Below, piece after piece: positions 1-9,652 of a DNA stretch of 64,000 nucleotides (its first letter is position 1; each line of letters starts with the position of its first letter). Made by a program: the position numbers and the translations under genes. The notes below the pieces were generated by a model that saw only the letters and a program-made list of their open reading frames with translations, did not search any database and was not told where the DNA came from. The stretch is from a bacterium. Lineage in GTDB: Bacteria > SAR324 > JACQKK01. The DNA lies in NCBI GenBank assembly GCA_965240465.1, contig OZ251219.1, forward strand, positions 64,001 to 128,000. Reading direction: 5' to 3'.

Positions 1-2
1 CT

Positions 3-266
3 GGAATTCCTCTCGGACCATTGGCAAAAGTACTTGATATATCCTTAAAAACTTTGCGTGAACTTAACCCCCAATTACTTCAAGACACCGTCCCCCCAAA
101 ATCCCTCCCCGAAAATGAAAGCTACTCGCTTCGCATTCCAAAAGGAAAAACACCCTACCTCTTAAAAAAACTCAATGCCGAATATCAATCATCATGGGTA
201 CTCCATTACGACAATTCCAAAACCGAGTTCCCGATAAATCAGTTTGTAGTACTCAGCTCACAATAA
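3..266 (+). CDS. C-terminal part of an MltD-like lytic transglycosylase (5'-truncated by window edge)
   Basis: Frame open back to the window start; 'LAKVLDISLKTLRELNPQLLQDTVPP..YSLRIP' resembles the LysM-like region of MltD-family enzymes. Confidence 0.6.
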   Translation, partial: GIPLGPLAKVLDISLKTLRELNPQLLQDTVPPKSLPENESYSLRIPKGKTPYLLKKLNAEYQSSWVLHYDNSKTEFPINQFVVLSSQ

Positions 267-303
267 TAATCCCTCTTCTTTTCCAGAAATCAATGCAACG
301 CTA

Positions 304-1338
304 ATGGCACAATACTTCATCAAAAGGCTACTGATAATTGCACCTACTTTCATTGGTATTTCCTTGATGACTTTCTTAGTAGTCAACCTCGCACCAGGAG
401 GACCCATTGAGCAAACACTACGAGAAATTCGTTTTGGCAGTGCCGGAATCGGACAAGCAGGCGATACCAACAACATTGCTAATCAAGGTGTTTCTCAGGA
501 AGTAATTGAACAGCTAAAAAAGCAATACGGTTTTGATAAACCTCTCATAGTCCGTTATTTAATATGGATCTCTAGCCTCGTTAGGCTGGATTTCGGCGAC
601 TCATTCATTCATGATGAGTCAGTCATAAGCGTGGTTAGAAGCAAGTTTCCTGTATCTCTGATGTTTGGCGTTACTTCACTGATACTCACTTATTTGATAT
701 GTATCCCACTAGGAGTAATTAAAGCTGTCCGCGATGGTAGCTGGTTTGATTCATCTTCTTCCGTCCTAGTTTTTGTCGGTTACGCCACTCCCTCCCTAAT
801 GCTGGGCATCTTACTGATCGTACTATTTGGCGGTGGAACCTTCTTCAACTGGTTTCCCATCTCGGGGACCGTGTCAGACCTACACGATATCTTATCCCTC
901 CCAGAACGCATCTGGGACCGTATCCACCATTCTATCCTGCCCCTAATAAGCTATCTAGCAGGCAATTTCGCTGCCCTTACCCTGTTGATGAAAAACTCCT
1001 ACCTTGAAGAAATCCAAAAACCGTATGTTATGACAGCTCGTTCAAAAGGACTCAGCGAAGTGGTCATTCGCTACCGTCATGCTCTTAGAAATGCACTTAT
1101 TCCCATTGTAACCGGGCTGGGAGGCTTTCTGGGGGTTTTCTTTGTAGGCAATTTGTTCATTGAGCAAATTTTTAGCCTAGACGGAATAGGCTTGCTGTTT
1201 TACAGTTCACTATTGGCACGCGACTACCCTGTTGTCCTGGGAATCTTGAGCATGACAAGCATAATACTGCTAATTGGAAATGTAATTAGTGACTTCTTTT
1301 ATACTCTAGTTGACCCCCGCATTGATTTTAACAAATAG
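304..1338 (+). CDS. Peptide ABC transporter permease, YejB/OppB family
   Basis: N-terminal 'YFIKRLL..LAPGGPIE', EAA-type loop 'YVMTARSKGLSE', C-terminal 'VDPRIDF'. Confidence 0.9.
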   Translation: MAQYFIKRLLIIAPTFIGISLMTFLVVNLAPGGPIEQTLREIRFGSAGIGQAGDTNNIANQGVSQEVIEQLKKQYGFDKPLIVRYLIWISSLVRLDFGDSFIHDESVISVVRSKFPVSLMFGVTSLILTYLICIPLGVIKAVRDGSWFDSSSSVLVFVGYATPSLMLGILLIVLFGGGTFFNWFPISGTVSDLHDILSLPERIWDRIHHSILPLISYLAGNFAALTLLMKNSYLEEIQKPYVMTARSKGLSEVVIRYRHALRNALIPIVTGLGGFLGVFFVGNLFIEQIFSLDGIGLLFYSSLLARDYPVVLGILSMTSIILLIGNVISDFFYTLVDPRIDFNK

Positions 1339-1352
1339 AATTTCTGTATTAT

Positions 1353-2420
1353 TTGTCCCGACCGTATCTTATAAGATTGCATGCTATGGCTTTTAAGCTA
1401 AACCCCCTCACTCTTGCACATATCACCGCTTTTCGTAAGCGAAAGCTTTCTTGGTATTCCCTGATCGCGATTATAGCCATATTTTCATTATCTTTGGGGG
1501 CTGAATTGTTAGTGAATAACCGCCCTGTGGTGATGAATTGGCAAAGCAAATTGTATTTTCCCGTTTTCAAGCAATACAACCCCGATGAGTTTGGACAAGA
1601 AGGAACATTTGTAACCGATTATCGCGAGATTCCATTCTCTGAAGAAGATTGGGCGATTTGGCCGTTGGTACGCTGGGGACCCCTTGAATCTGATCTCAGT
1701 TTGGAATTTTTCCCTTCTCCGCCCAGTAGTAAGCACTTGCTTGGCGTAGATGACAAAGGTCGCGATTTGCTGGCCCGTCTGTTGTATGGATTTCGCATTG
1801 CCATGACATTTGCCCTGGGAGTGTGGTTGATGTCGTTTTCCATTGGCATGTTTGCTGGAGCTGTGCAGGGTTACTTTGGTGGACGAGTAGATTTCTACGG
1901 CCAACGATTATCTGAAATTTGGAGTTCAGTACCTACATTTTTTCTCCTGATCACTATCAGTTCAATCTTTACCCCTAATGTTTTTATTCTAGCCGTGTTG
2001 TTTGCCATTTTTGGCTGGACGGTCATTGCCCAATATCAACGGGCTGAGTTTCTAAATCTCCGCCGCCGCGAGTTCATAGAAGCAGCTCGCGTGGCTGGTG
2101 CAAGCCCCTGGCGAATAATATGGAGACACGTAATGCCTAATGCCATTACTCCAATTGTTACATTCACACCCTTCGCCATAGCTGGCGGAATTACCGGTAT
2201 CGCTGCTCTAGACTACCTAGGTTTCGGACTTCAACCTCCTGCTCCCAGTTGGGGCGAATTACTACGCCAAGCCCTACAACATTTTTCCACTGCCTGGTGG
2301 ATTTCCGTCTATACCGTTGGATGCATGTTCGGCGTGTTATTGCTACTTGTCTTTATCAACGAAGGTGCCCGTGAAGCATTTGACCCCCGGAAGCTTTATC
2401 ACGACAGCAATTCTTCTTAA
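1353..2420 (+). CDS. Peptide ABC transporter permease, YejE/OppC family (true start may be ATG ~1386)
   Basis: 'HLLGVDDKGRDLLARLLYGFR', 'EFIEAARVAGAS', 'PSWGELL', 'EAFDPR'. Confidence 0.9.
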   Translation: MSRPYLIRLHAMAFKLNPLTLAHITAFRKRKLSWYSLIAIIAIFSLSLGAELLVNNRPVVMNWQSKLYFPVFKQYNPDEFGQEGTFVTDYREIPFSEEDWAIWPLVRWGPLESDLSLEFFPSPPSSKHLLGVDDKGRDLLARLLYGFRIAMTFALGVWLMSFSIGMFAGAVQGYFGGRVDFYGQRLSEIWSSVPTFFLLITISSIFTPNVFILAVLFAIFGWTVIAQYQRAEFLNLRRREFIEAARVAGASPWRIIWRHVMPNAITPIVTFTPFAIAGGITGIAALDYLGFGLQPPAPSWGELLRQALQHFSTAWWISVYTVGCMFGVLLLLVFINEGAREAFDPRKLYHDSNSS

Positions 2421-2438
2421 AGCCCCCTGTTAGACCCA

Positions 2439-4364
2439 CTAAGACCTGCTACTAGCATGCGAGCGATCATCGGTGTGAGCCTCATGCCACGACTGATACG
2501 CCGCCTGCACCACTTGCTCCACCGTCAAACCTGCCTCACGCATTTGTTCTTCCAATCCGCCAAAGGGTATAAATCTATCTGGCAACCCCATGACCCTAAC
2601 GGGACGCTGGATATTCTCCCTTGCAAACAGTGCTAAAAGGGACTCACCAAAGCCCCCTTGAACAGTATTGTACTCTATGGTCAATACGGCTGCTGCTTGT
2701 TTTGCTTGAGCAAGTAGCATACCCTCATCCAAGGGTTTGATAAAGCGTGCATTCACAACCGAACAGGGAATATCTAATTCCTTAGCAACTTGACAGGCTG
2801 TACTAACTGTGGCCCCTATGCCTATCAGTAACAAGCAACCCCGCTGAGATTTTTGTAGCAGTTCTGCCTCACCAATGGGAATGGGAGTAAGTGTGGAAGG
2901 TAGAGACATGGCCAGAGTTTCGCCTCTAGGATAACGCATGGCAATGGGTCCCTGATTGTAACGGTGGGCAGAGAGCATCATGCGACGCATTTCCTGTTCG
3001 TTGCGAGGGGCCATGTGGACAAAATTAGGGATGAGGCGAAGATAACTGAGATCAAACACGCCATGATGAGTAGGTCCGTCAGAACCGACCAAGCCACCTC
3101 TATCCATCATGATACGCACCGGCAATTTTTGCAGGGCGATATCATGAATCAGCTGATCAAAGGCTCGCTGTGAGAAAGTAGAATAAATTGTAACGAACGG
3201 CTTCAGACCGCCGATGCTCATACCCGCTGCACTACAATAGGCATTAGATTCTGCGATTCCCACGTCTATCACCCGCTGAGGATACTTTTCAGCAACCTTG
3301 CCGAGCCCTGTGTTACTGAGCATGGCAGCTGTAATGGCTACTACTTTAGGGTCTTCATCCATAATAGCAAGCATGCCTTCTGTATAAATGTTGGTCCATG
3401 TCTTAGTAGCAGGGGTAGAAATAATAGGCATGTTCTTGGTTTGTTTCTGAGGAGAAACTGCGTGAGACGCGAAGGTATTTTCCACTTTTTTACCCAATCC
3501 CTTCCCCTTAACAGTTTGTACATGCAAAACCACCGTTTCAGGTAACTTCTTTACATGCCCTATAATCTCTATCAAGGCCTCAAGATTGTGTCCGTCCACA
3601 GGGCCAAAATAATGCAGTCCCATAGATTCAAACCACGCTGCTTTATCGCTAGCGTAATCTTTTACAGAGCGTTCTATGTGTTTAAGGCTTTTTAATATCT
3701 CCTCACCAAATGGAGCTTTCTTACCAAATCTTTTTATTTCCTTGCGTAGCAAATTATATGAATTAGAGATAGTAATGCGAGTAACAGTTCTGGCACAAAA
3801 TCCTACATTGCTGTCAATGCTCATTCCATTATCATTGAAAATAACCAGTAGTTTGGGCTTGAGAGCCCCAGCTAGATGCAAAGCTTCATATGCCAATCCT
3901 CCCGTCATGGCACCATCACCAATTACAGCCATCACGTGATGGTTTTGCTTCCTTAGGTCGCGCGCAATGGCCATCCCCAAGGCTGCCGAGATAGAAGTAG
4001 AAGCATGTCCCGCACCCATGTGATCGTAGGGACTTTCGCTACGCTCCAAAAACTTGCACATGCCTCCCCATTGACCATAGCGATGAAAACGATTGGCACG
4101 ACCTGTCAGCAATTTATACACATGCCCCTGATGCCCAACATCCCAAGCGATACGGTCTTGCAGGAAATCAAAGTGGCGAAACAATGATAGTGTCAATTCT
4201 ACCACACCCAAGGATGCCCCCAAGTGCCCGCCAGTCTTGTGAATAGCGTCTATCAAAAACGCGCGAGCCTCTATCACCAAAGGTCTTAATTCCTCTGAGG
4301 TCATCTGGCGCAAATTTGCAGGATCACTAAAGCTAGCGAGATGGGGGTAGATTTGTTCATCCAT
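2439..4364 (-). CDS. dxs: 1-deoxy-D-xylulose-5-phosphate synthase
   Basis: 'GGHLGASLGVVEL', 'WDVGHQ', TPP motif 'GDGAMTGG..NDN', 'DRGGLVGSDGPTHHGVFD'. Confidence 0.97.
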   Translation of the reverse strand: MDEQIYPHLASFSDPANLRQMTSEELRPLVIEARAFLIDAIHKTGGHLGASLGVVELTLSLFRHFDFLQDRIAWDVGHQGHVYKLLTGRANRFHRYGQWGGMCKFLERSESPYDHMGAGHASTSISAALGMAIARDLRKQNHHVMAVIGDGAMTGGLAYEALHLAGALKPKLLVIFNDNGMSIDSNVGFCARTVTRITISNSYNLLRKEIKRFGKKAPFGEEILKSLKHIERSVKDYASDKAAWFESMGLHYFGPVDGHNLEALIEIIGHVKKLPETVVLHVQTVKGKGLGKKVENTFASHAVSPQKQTKNMPIISTPATKTWTNIYTEGMLAIMDEDPKVVAITAAMLSNTGLGKVAEKYPQRVIDVGIAESNAYCSAAGMSIGGLKPFVTIYSTFSQRAFDQLIHDIALQKLPVRIMMDRGGLVGSDGPTHHGVFDLSYLRLIPNFVHMAPRNEQEMRRMMLSAHRYNQGPIAMRYPRGETLAMSLPSTLTPIPIGEAELLQKSQRGCLLLIGIGATVSTACQVAKELDIPCSVVNARFIKPLDEGMLLAQAKQAAAVLTIEYNTVQGGFGESLLALFARENIQRPVRVMGLPDRFIPFGGLEEQMREAGLTVEQVVQAAYQSWHEAHTDDRSHASSRS

Positions 4365-4703
4365 CAGCGATTTTATCCTAGTACAAGGCTGTACTTATTT
4401 AGACCAGCTGAGGACATATCTTGTACTTTCATCATGTCTGCATATTTGAGTTATTTTTCTAGAATATGGTCAGTGTGTTTAATTGTATCATTACTGTGGT
4501 GAGTTCAACCCTGCATGAATACCATACATAACAGTAATTCACCCATAGTTTATAACTCTAAAAAATCATGTTCTTGATGAATTTATCAAAGCGATACACT
4601 TCAAATTTTATGTTGTCCATTCATCCTTGTGGCCAGGGTCAAGAGCAACAACCTAGCATGCATTTAATTTAATTTTTGCAACAAAATTACGAAATACAAA
4701 GGT

Positions 4704-5618
4704 ATGAATCAGTTGGAGAATTTGGACAGTATTGCCCATTTGGTTGCTATGTTCTTGCACACCGAGGACGGTCTTTGGGATGTGTTACTCCACACACCTG
4801 AACAATCACAAAAATTACGGATGCTACACAGCTTTCAAGACCGCAATCATAAATTGTGCTTACCCCAAAAACCTCACGAAAAAAAATTATTAAGTTGTAT
4901 TACAGAAACGGAGCGGCCATGGGTCATAGACTCAATAGAACGTATCCGCGTTGCTCCTCCATTGTGGGTGAGCATCATTGCCCATCCCGAACCATATTTG
5001 TTCTCCCGTGCCGCTAAGGGGGATGCCGTAGCTGAGCACGCCTTTACAGACTTATTGCAGCACGATGATCTGCGTCCTGCTTATCAACTAAACCATGTAT
5101 GGTCGGTATTGATACCACTACTGAAACTATTACTGAAGCCAATGCTGAGAAGCAAACTTAAGCCAAGATTGAACTCCTTGCTAAGAGCTGATAGCACCAC
5201 TGGAATTTGGGTTCATCCCCAAGCTGTAGTGCATGCCAGTAGTCATGGTGGAATTGGTGTGCAAGTGGAACAAGGGGCATCAGTAGCTGCTAATGTGCGT
5301 TTGGATGGAGCAACCATTCTAGAACAGCACTGTCTTCCCCCTTCTTTGCTAGGACGAGAAACAACAGTAGGAGAGAATGTCCGTCTGCATGCCATCGTGG
5401 AAACAGGGGCTCGCATAAACCCTGGCATTGCCATTGGTCCTGGTAGCAATCTGATTCTTGAACACCATTCAAATGTTCACAAAAGTATCACCAGCTACTG
5501 CAATTTGCCGTGTATTCCCGCATACCATCACGCCTTTCAGGCATTTCCCCCGCTTAACGAGGGTGGATTCCACAGTCGTGTATTAGTAAAACCCTTGGCT
5601 AGCCAACAAATTTCTTAA
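4704..5618 (+). CDS. Hexapeptide-repeat (left-handed beta-helix) protein, divergent DapD-like
   Basis: C-terminal half has hexapeptide periodicity (VQVEQGASVAANVRL..TTVGENVRL..IVETGARINPGIAIGPG); N-terminal half unrecognised. Confidence 0.5.
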   Translation: MNQLENLDSIAHLVAMFLHTEDGLWDVLLHTPEQSQKLRMLHSFQDRNHKLCLPQKPHEKKLLSCITETERPWVIDSIERIRVAPPLWVSIIAHPEPYLFSRAAKGDAVAEHAFTDLLQHDDLRPAYQLNHVWSVLIPLLKLLLKPMLRSKLKPRLNSLLRADSTTGIWVHPQAVVHASSHGGIGVQVEQGASVAANVRLDGATILEQHCLPPSLLGRETTVGENVRLHAIVETGARINPGIAIGPGSNLILEHHSNVHKSITSYCNLPCIPAYHHAFQAFPPLNEGGFHSRVLVKPLASQQIS

Positions 5619-5712
5619 CCTACCACCGTAAAACAATGTCCTGGAAAATATAAAAAATCCTTTATTATCATAATGATAGCCCAATTTTTGCTTTTCAAAT
5701 GATAGGAAAGAC

Positions 5713-5742
5713 TTGACATATAGAGTAATGGCTTGTTATTAT
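5713..5742 (+). promoter_or_regulatory. Sigma70-type promoter for the small ORF at 5871
   Basis: TTGACA (5713-5718), 18-bp spacer, TG-n-TATTAT (-10 at 5737-5742). Confidence 0.55.
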
Positions 5743-5870
5743 GTTAGCAGTTAGTCATTTATAGTGCTAACGGATTGCGGGGAAGAATCCATCAACAAAA
5801 TAGTCCTAAAATAATGAATCCATCAGAATCAGACTAACGAGGTGAGTATTATAAGAAATAAGGAGAAACC

Positions 5871-6056
5871 ATGAAAACAAGAACGTATCCTATTGAAGCT
5901 GAAGTGAAAACGGCCATCAAAAAATTTATTTCCCAAGGTGGATTTATTCACCGATTGCCATTTGAAAAAAGAATCTGCCCTAATATGGTAGGGAGTCGCT
6001 TCGGCATGTACGAAAATCCACTGCATGAGCTAAACGCCAGCAATACCACGTGCTAG
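5871..6056 (+). CDS. Small protein (61 aa), possibly SutA-like RNA polymerase-binding motif
   Basis: Strong RBS AAGGAG just upstream of ATG, own promoter; motif 'AIKKFISQGGFIHRLP'. Confidence 0.6.
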   Translation: MKTRTYPIEAEVKTAIKKFISQGGFIHRLPFEKRICPNMVGSRFGMYENPLHELNASNTTC

Positions 6057-6113
6057 AAAGAAGCAACGCGGTAGAAATGACAGTTACAAAAAGACGTATC
6101 TTGAGAAATGTGA

Positions 6114-9100
6114 TTAAGAACAACCCAGTGAATTGCCACAATTCAAGCACCGATAACAAGCACCGTTTCTCACGGTAAGATGTCCACAGTTGTCACAGAT
6201 TGGAGCATCTCCCATAATTTCTCCCATCTGTTGATTAAGATTACTGGTAGCAGAAGAGGTATTTGACAAGGCAGATGCTTCGCTTCCTCCCATAACAACC
6301 TGAGGAATATTTTGTACAAAATCACGACGGCCTAGGTATTTAATAGCTAAAATACGGAATATAAAGTCTAAAATGGAAGTAGCATTGTGAACATCTGGGT
6401 GATCGGTAAAGCCACAGGGATCAAAGCGAGTAAAACAGAACATCTGAACATATTTTTCCAATGGCACGCCGTATTGAAGTCCCACAGAGATGGCTTGGGC
6501 AAAACTGTTCATCATGCTACGATAGGCGGCACCTTCCTTGTACATATCAATAAAAATTTCACCCAGCTTGTCATTTTCGTACTCGCCGGTTCGTAGGAAT
6601 AATTTATGTCCAGCAACTTGGGCTTCCAAAGTAGTACCCTTTCTTTCACGGGGCATTTTTCTCCGAGAACCCCAGTCGGTTTGGAGTTCCCTCAACATTT
6701 CCGAATCAGAACCATTGTTTTTTGCATCAATACCATTGGTGCTGAGAGGCTGCGAACTCTTGCTACCATCACGATAAACTGCCACAGATTTAATTCCGTA
6801 TTTCCAGGCTTGCACGTATAGATTTTCTATTTCTTCTACAGTAGTTTCATTAGGCACATTAACTGTTTTCGAGATAGCCCCAGAAATAAAAGGTTGTACA
6901 GCAGCCATCATTTTAATGTGTGCCATCGGCTTTAAGAAACGTTTGCCGTGTTTGCCGCAACGGTTAGCACAATCAAAGATAGGGATGTGATCTTCGCTGA
7001 TGTGAGGGGCAGTTTCTATGGTTTCTGAGCCATTAATACGCATCAATGCAGCTTGGATATTATCATCAGAAACTTTGCGTTCCTTAAGCGATGAGGGAGA
7101 TATATGGGGAGTGAAATCACTCCAATTATTGTTGGAAAAGATGGATTTTTCTGCTTCAGAAATTTCATCTTTTGTAAAGCCCATTTCTTGCAGCTTATCG
7201 TTACTCCAAAAGCTAGTCAGACTGGCAGTTCCCAGAACGTGAGTAATCATTTCATCAATGTGTTCTTTGGAATAACCCAGACCTTCAAGGGTACCAGAAA
7301 CACTTTGATTGACAATTTTTATATAGCCCCCTCCAGCCAATTTCTTCCATTTCACCAAAGCAAAGTCTGGTTCTATACCAGTGGTGTCACAGTCCATCAA
7401 GAGTCCGATAGTACCTGTAGGTGCCAGCACGGTCATCTGTGAATTGCGATAACCATGAGATTTCCCCATGATATCAGCTCTTTCCCATGCTTGTTGGGCT
7501 GCTTCCAGCAGCAGAGCAGGACATGTTTGAGAGTTTATCTTGTCAACCGCTTTACGATGTTTATTTATAACTTGCATCATAGGTTGACGATTATCCCGAA
7601 ATCCTTCAAAAGCCCCTCGCACAGATGCCAATTCGGCACTAACTGCATACGCTTCACCAGAGACGATGGCCGTAATAGCCGCAGCGATGCTACGGGATTC
7701 TTCGGAATCATACGATAAGCCCTGGCTCATTAACAGTGTCCCCAGATTGGCGTAGCCCAACCCCAGCGGACGATATTTATGACTATTAGTCGCAATATCT
7801 GCAGTGGGATAAGAACTAAAATCCACCAGAATTTCCATAGCCGTTGCAAACACCCGCACTGCATGCCTTAAGCCTTTGAGATCAAATTCCCCTGTTTTGG
7901 TATTATAAAAATGTAGCAAATTTATAGATGCCAAATTGCAGGCGGTGTCATCTAAGAACATGAACTCAGAACAAGGATTAGATGCATAAATGCGATCTGT
8001 TTTAGGGCAGGTGTGCCAATTGTTGATAGTGGTATCAAATTGTACCCCAGGGTCACCACAGACCCACGCAGCTTGGGCAACAGAACGCATCAACTCACGT
8101 GCTTGGTAGGTTTTGTGAATATCATCCGTGGTTCGCAGGCGAGTTTGCCAATTTTCATTTTTTTGATAGGCCTTCATGAAAGCATCATTCATACGCACTG
8201 AGTTATTGGAATTCTGACCAGAAACAGTGTGATATGCACCTCCATGAGCATCAGGGTTCATCCCCTGAGAGATAAGGATATGGGCCTTCTTTTCCTCTGC
8301 AACCTTCCAACCAATGAATTCTTCTATTTCAGGATGGTCCATATCCAAGCAGACCATCTTGGCTGCCCGACGAGTAGTACCACCAGATTTAGTAGCTCCT
8401 GCACCTTTGTCAAATACTTCCAAGAATGACAACAATCCCGATGAAGTCCCCCCCCCAGAAAGATGCTCGTGGCTACTTCTCAGCTTAGAAAAATTGGTAC
8501 CTGTTCCCGAACCAAACTTAAACACCCGAGCTTCTTTGCCGAGCAATTCAAAAATAGACCTCAGATCATCTTCCACTCGCTGAATAAAACACGCCGAACA
8601 CTGCGGATTCGCATAAGAGTCCTCTATGCAAACTGCCTCTTGTTGATATTCATCCCAGTGGTAATTACCAGGACTACCACTGATGCCATAACTATGATGT
8701 AACCCGCAGTTAAACCACACTGGAGAATTGAATGCTCCATGTTGATTTACCAATAAATAAGTGAGTTCTTCCTCAAATATGCACTCATCGTGATCAGAGT
8801 GAAATATGTCACACTGACCACCTTGCTCGGCAATGGTATGTGCCACTCTACGCACCAATTGTCTTACCGAGGTCTCTGTTCCTTCCCCCGGCACCCCCGC
8901 CTTGCAAAAATATTTAGAAACGGCAATATCGGTGGCCAGCATACTCCAAGAAGCAGGCACATCTACATCTTTCATCTCAAAAACTACCGTTCCATCAGGT
9001 TCTGTAATAACTGAACGTCGCTTCTCCCATTTCACTTCATCTAAGGGAGGTCTGCCATCAGAAGTAAAATGACGGAAAAACCTCAGCCGTTTAGGCTCTT

Positions 9101-9155
9101 TATCTTCCAGCGGCATGCGTACCACTTTTTTAGATTGCTGTGGTTTGGCACTCAC
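6114..9155 (-). CDS. nrdJ: Vitamin B12-dependent (class II) ribonucleotide reductase with fused TSCPD domain and C-terminal Cys cluster
   Basis: 'FNSPVWFN', 'QCSACFI', 'SNPCSEF..TACNLAS', 'APTGTI', 'ISKTVN', 'YRDGSK', C-terminal CxxC..CxxCGxSxGCS; GTG start with GGAGG RBS. Confidence 0.96.
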   Translation of the reverse strand: MSAKPQQSKKVVRMPLEDKEPKRLRFFRHFTSDGRPPLDEVKWEKRRSVITEPDGTVVFEMKDVDVPASWSMLATDIAVSKYFCKAGVPGEGTETSVRQLVRRVAHTIAEQGGQCDIFHSDHDECIFEEELTYLLVNQHGAFNSPVWFNCGLHHSYGISGSPGNYHWDEYQQEAVCIEDSYANPQCSACFIQRVEDDLRSIFELLGKEARVFKFGSGTGTNFSKLRSSHEHLSGGGTSSGLLSFLEVFDKGAGATKSGGTTRRAAKMVCLDMDHPEIEEFIGWKVAEEKKAHILISQGMNPDAHGGAYHTVSGQNSNNSVRMNDAFMKAYQKNENWQTRLRTTDDIHKTYQARELMRSVAQAAWVCGDPGVQFDTTINNWHTCPKTDRIYASNPCSEFMFLDDTACNLASINLLHFYNTKTGEFDLKGLRHAVRVFATAMEILVDFSSYPTADIATNSHKYRPLGLGYANLGTLLMSQGLSYDSEESRSIAAAITAIVSGEAYAVSAELASVRGAFEGFRDNRQPMMQVINKHRKAVDKINSQTCPALLLEAAQQAWERADIMGKSHGYRNSQMTVLAPTGTIGLLMDCDTTGIEPDFALVKWKKLAGGGYIKIVNQSVSGTLEGLGYSKEHIDEMITHVLGTASLTSFWSNDKLQEMGFTKDEISEAEKSIFSNNNWSDFTPHISPSSLKERKVSDDNIQAALMRINGSETIETAPHISEDHIPIFDCANRCGKHGKRFLKPMAHIKMMAAVQPFISGAISKTVNVPNETTVEEIENLYVQAWKYGIKSVAVYRDGSKSSQPLSTNGIDAKNNGSDSEMLRELQTDWGSRRKMPRERKGTTLEAQVAGHKLFLRTGEYENDKLGEIFIDMYKEGAAYRSMMNSFAQAISVGLQYGVPLEKYVQMFCFTRFDPCGFTDHPDVHNATSILDFIFRILAIKYLGRRDFVQNIPQVVMGGSEASALSNTSSATSNLNQQMGEIMGDAPICDNCGHLTVRNGACYRCLNCGNSLGCS

Positions 9156-9345
9156 GAAAAACCTCCTTGTCTTTCAATATAATTTGCAAAAAATTAAAGA
9201 TGGACTACCACAAACCAGCTACTAAGCCAGAATTGGATGTTTAATTACAAGACTTAGTATGGATGCAAGACATCTTGTCTACCTATCACTACTCATCAAG
9301 AATGGCTGAAAAAAATATTCTGGCAGGTCCGTACTTAGAACTGAA

Positions 9346-9420
9346 ACCCAGGGTGTAACAGACACCCGATACCCAAGATATAACAGGCATCCGATACCCA
9401 AGATATAACAGGCACCCAGC
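9346..9420. repeat. Three tandem ~25-bp repeats in the nrdJ/lpxD divergent intergenic region
   Basis: acccagggtgtaacagacacccgat / acccaagatataacaggcatccgat / acccaagatataacaggcacccagc. Confidence 0.85.
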
Positions 9421-9652
9421 ATAAGCAATTAAAAAAAAATCACCTGAGTTACTTAAATTTAAAGGATTAGAAACTATCTCTATAAATTCCAAGTACAACA
9501 ATGGTAACTCCCTCACATAAATAGCCATAATTCTTTGACTACCAGACCAAAAGTGCTTTTTTATTAAAAAATATGCTGGTGTATGCTACATTTTGCTACC
9601 AGTTTTATTGAGACAAAATCTGTATAAAAATGTCTTCCACTAGGAGTATTCA

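Noticed and set aside
6114-9155. Intein or intron in nrdJ; cobalamin riboswitch upstream
   Set aside because: Catalytic motifs are contiguous, no intein termini seen, and no B12-box recognised in the leader.
9346-9420. Possible mini-CRISPR array or iterons
   Set aside because: Units are contiguous with no unique spacers; no cas or rep gene nearby.
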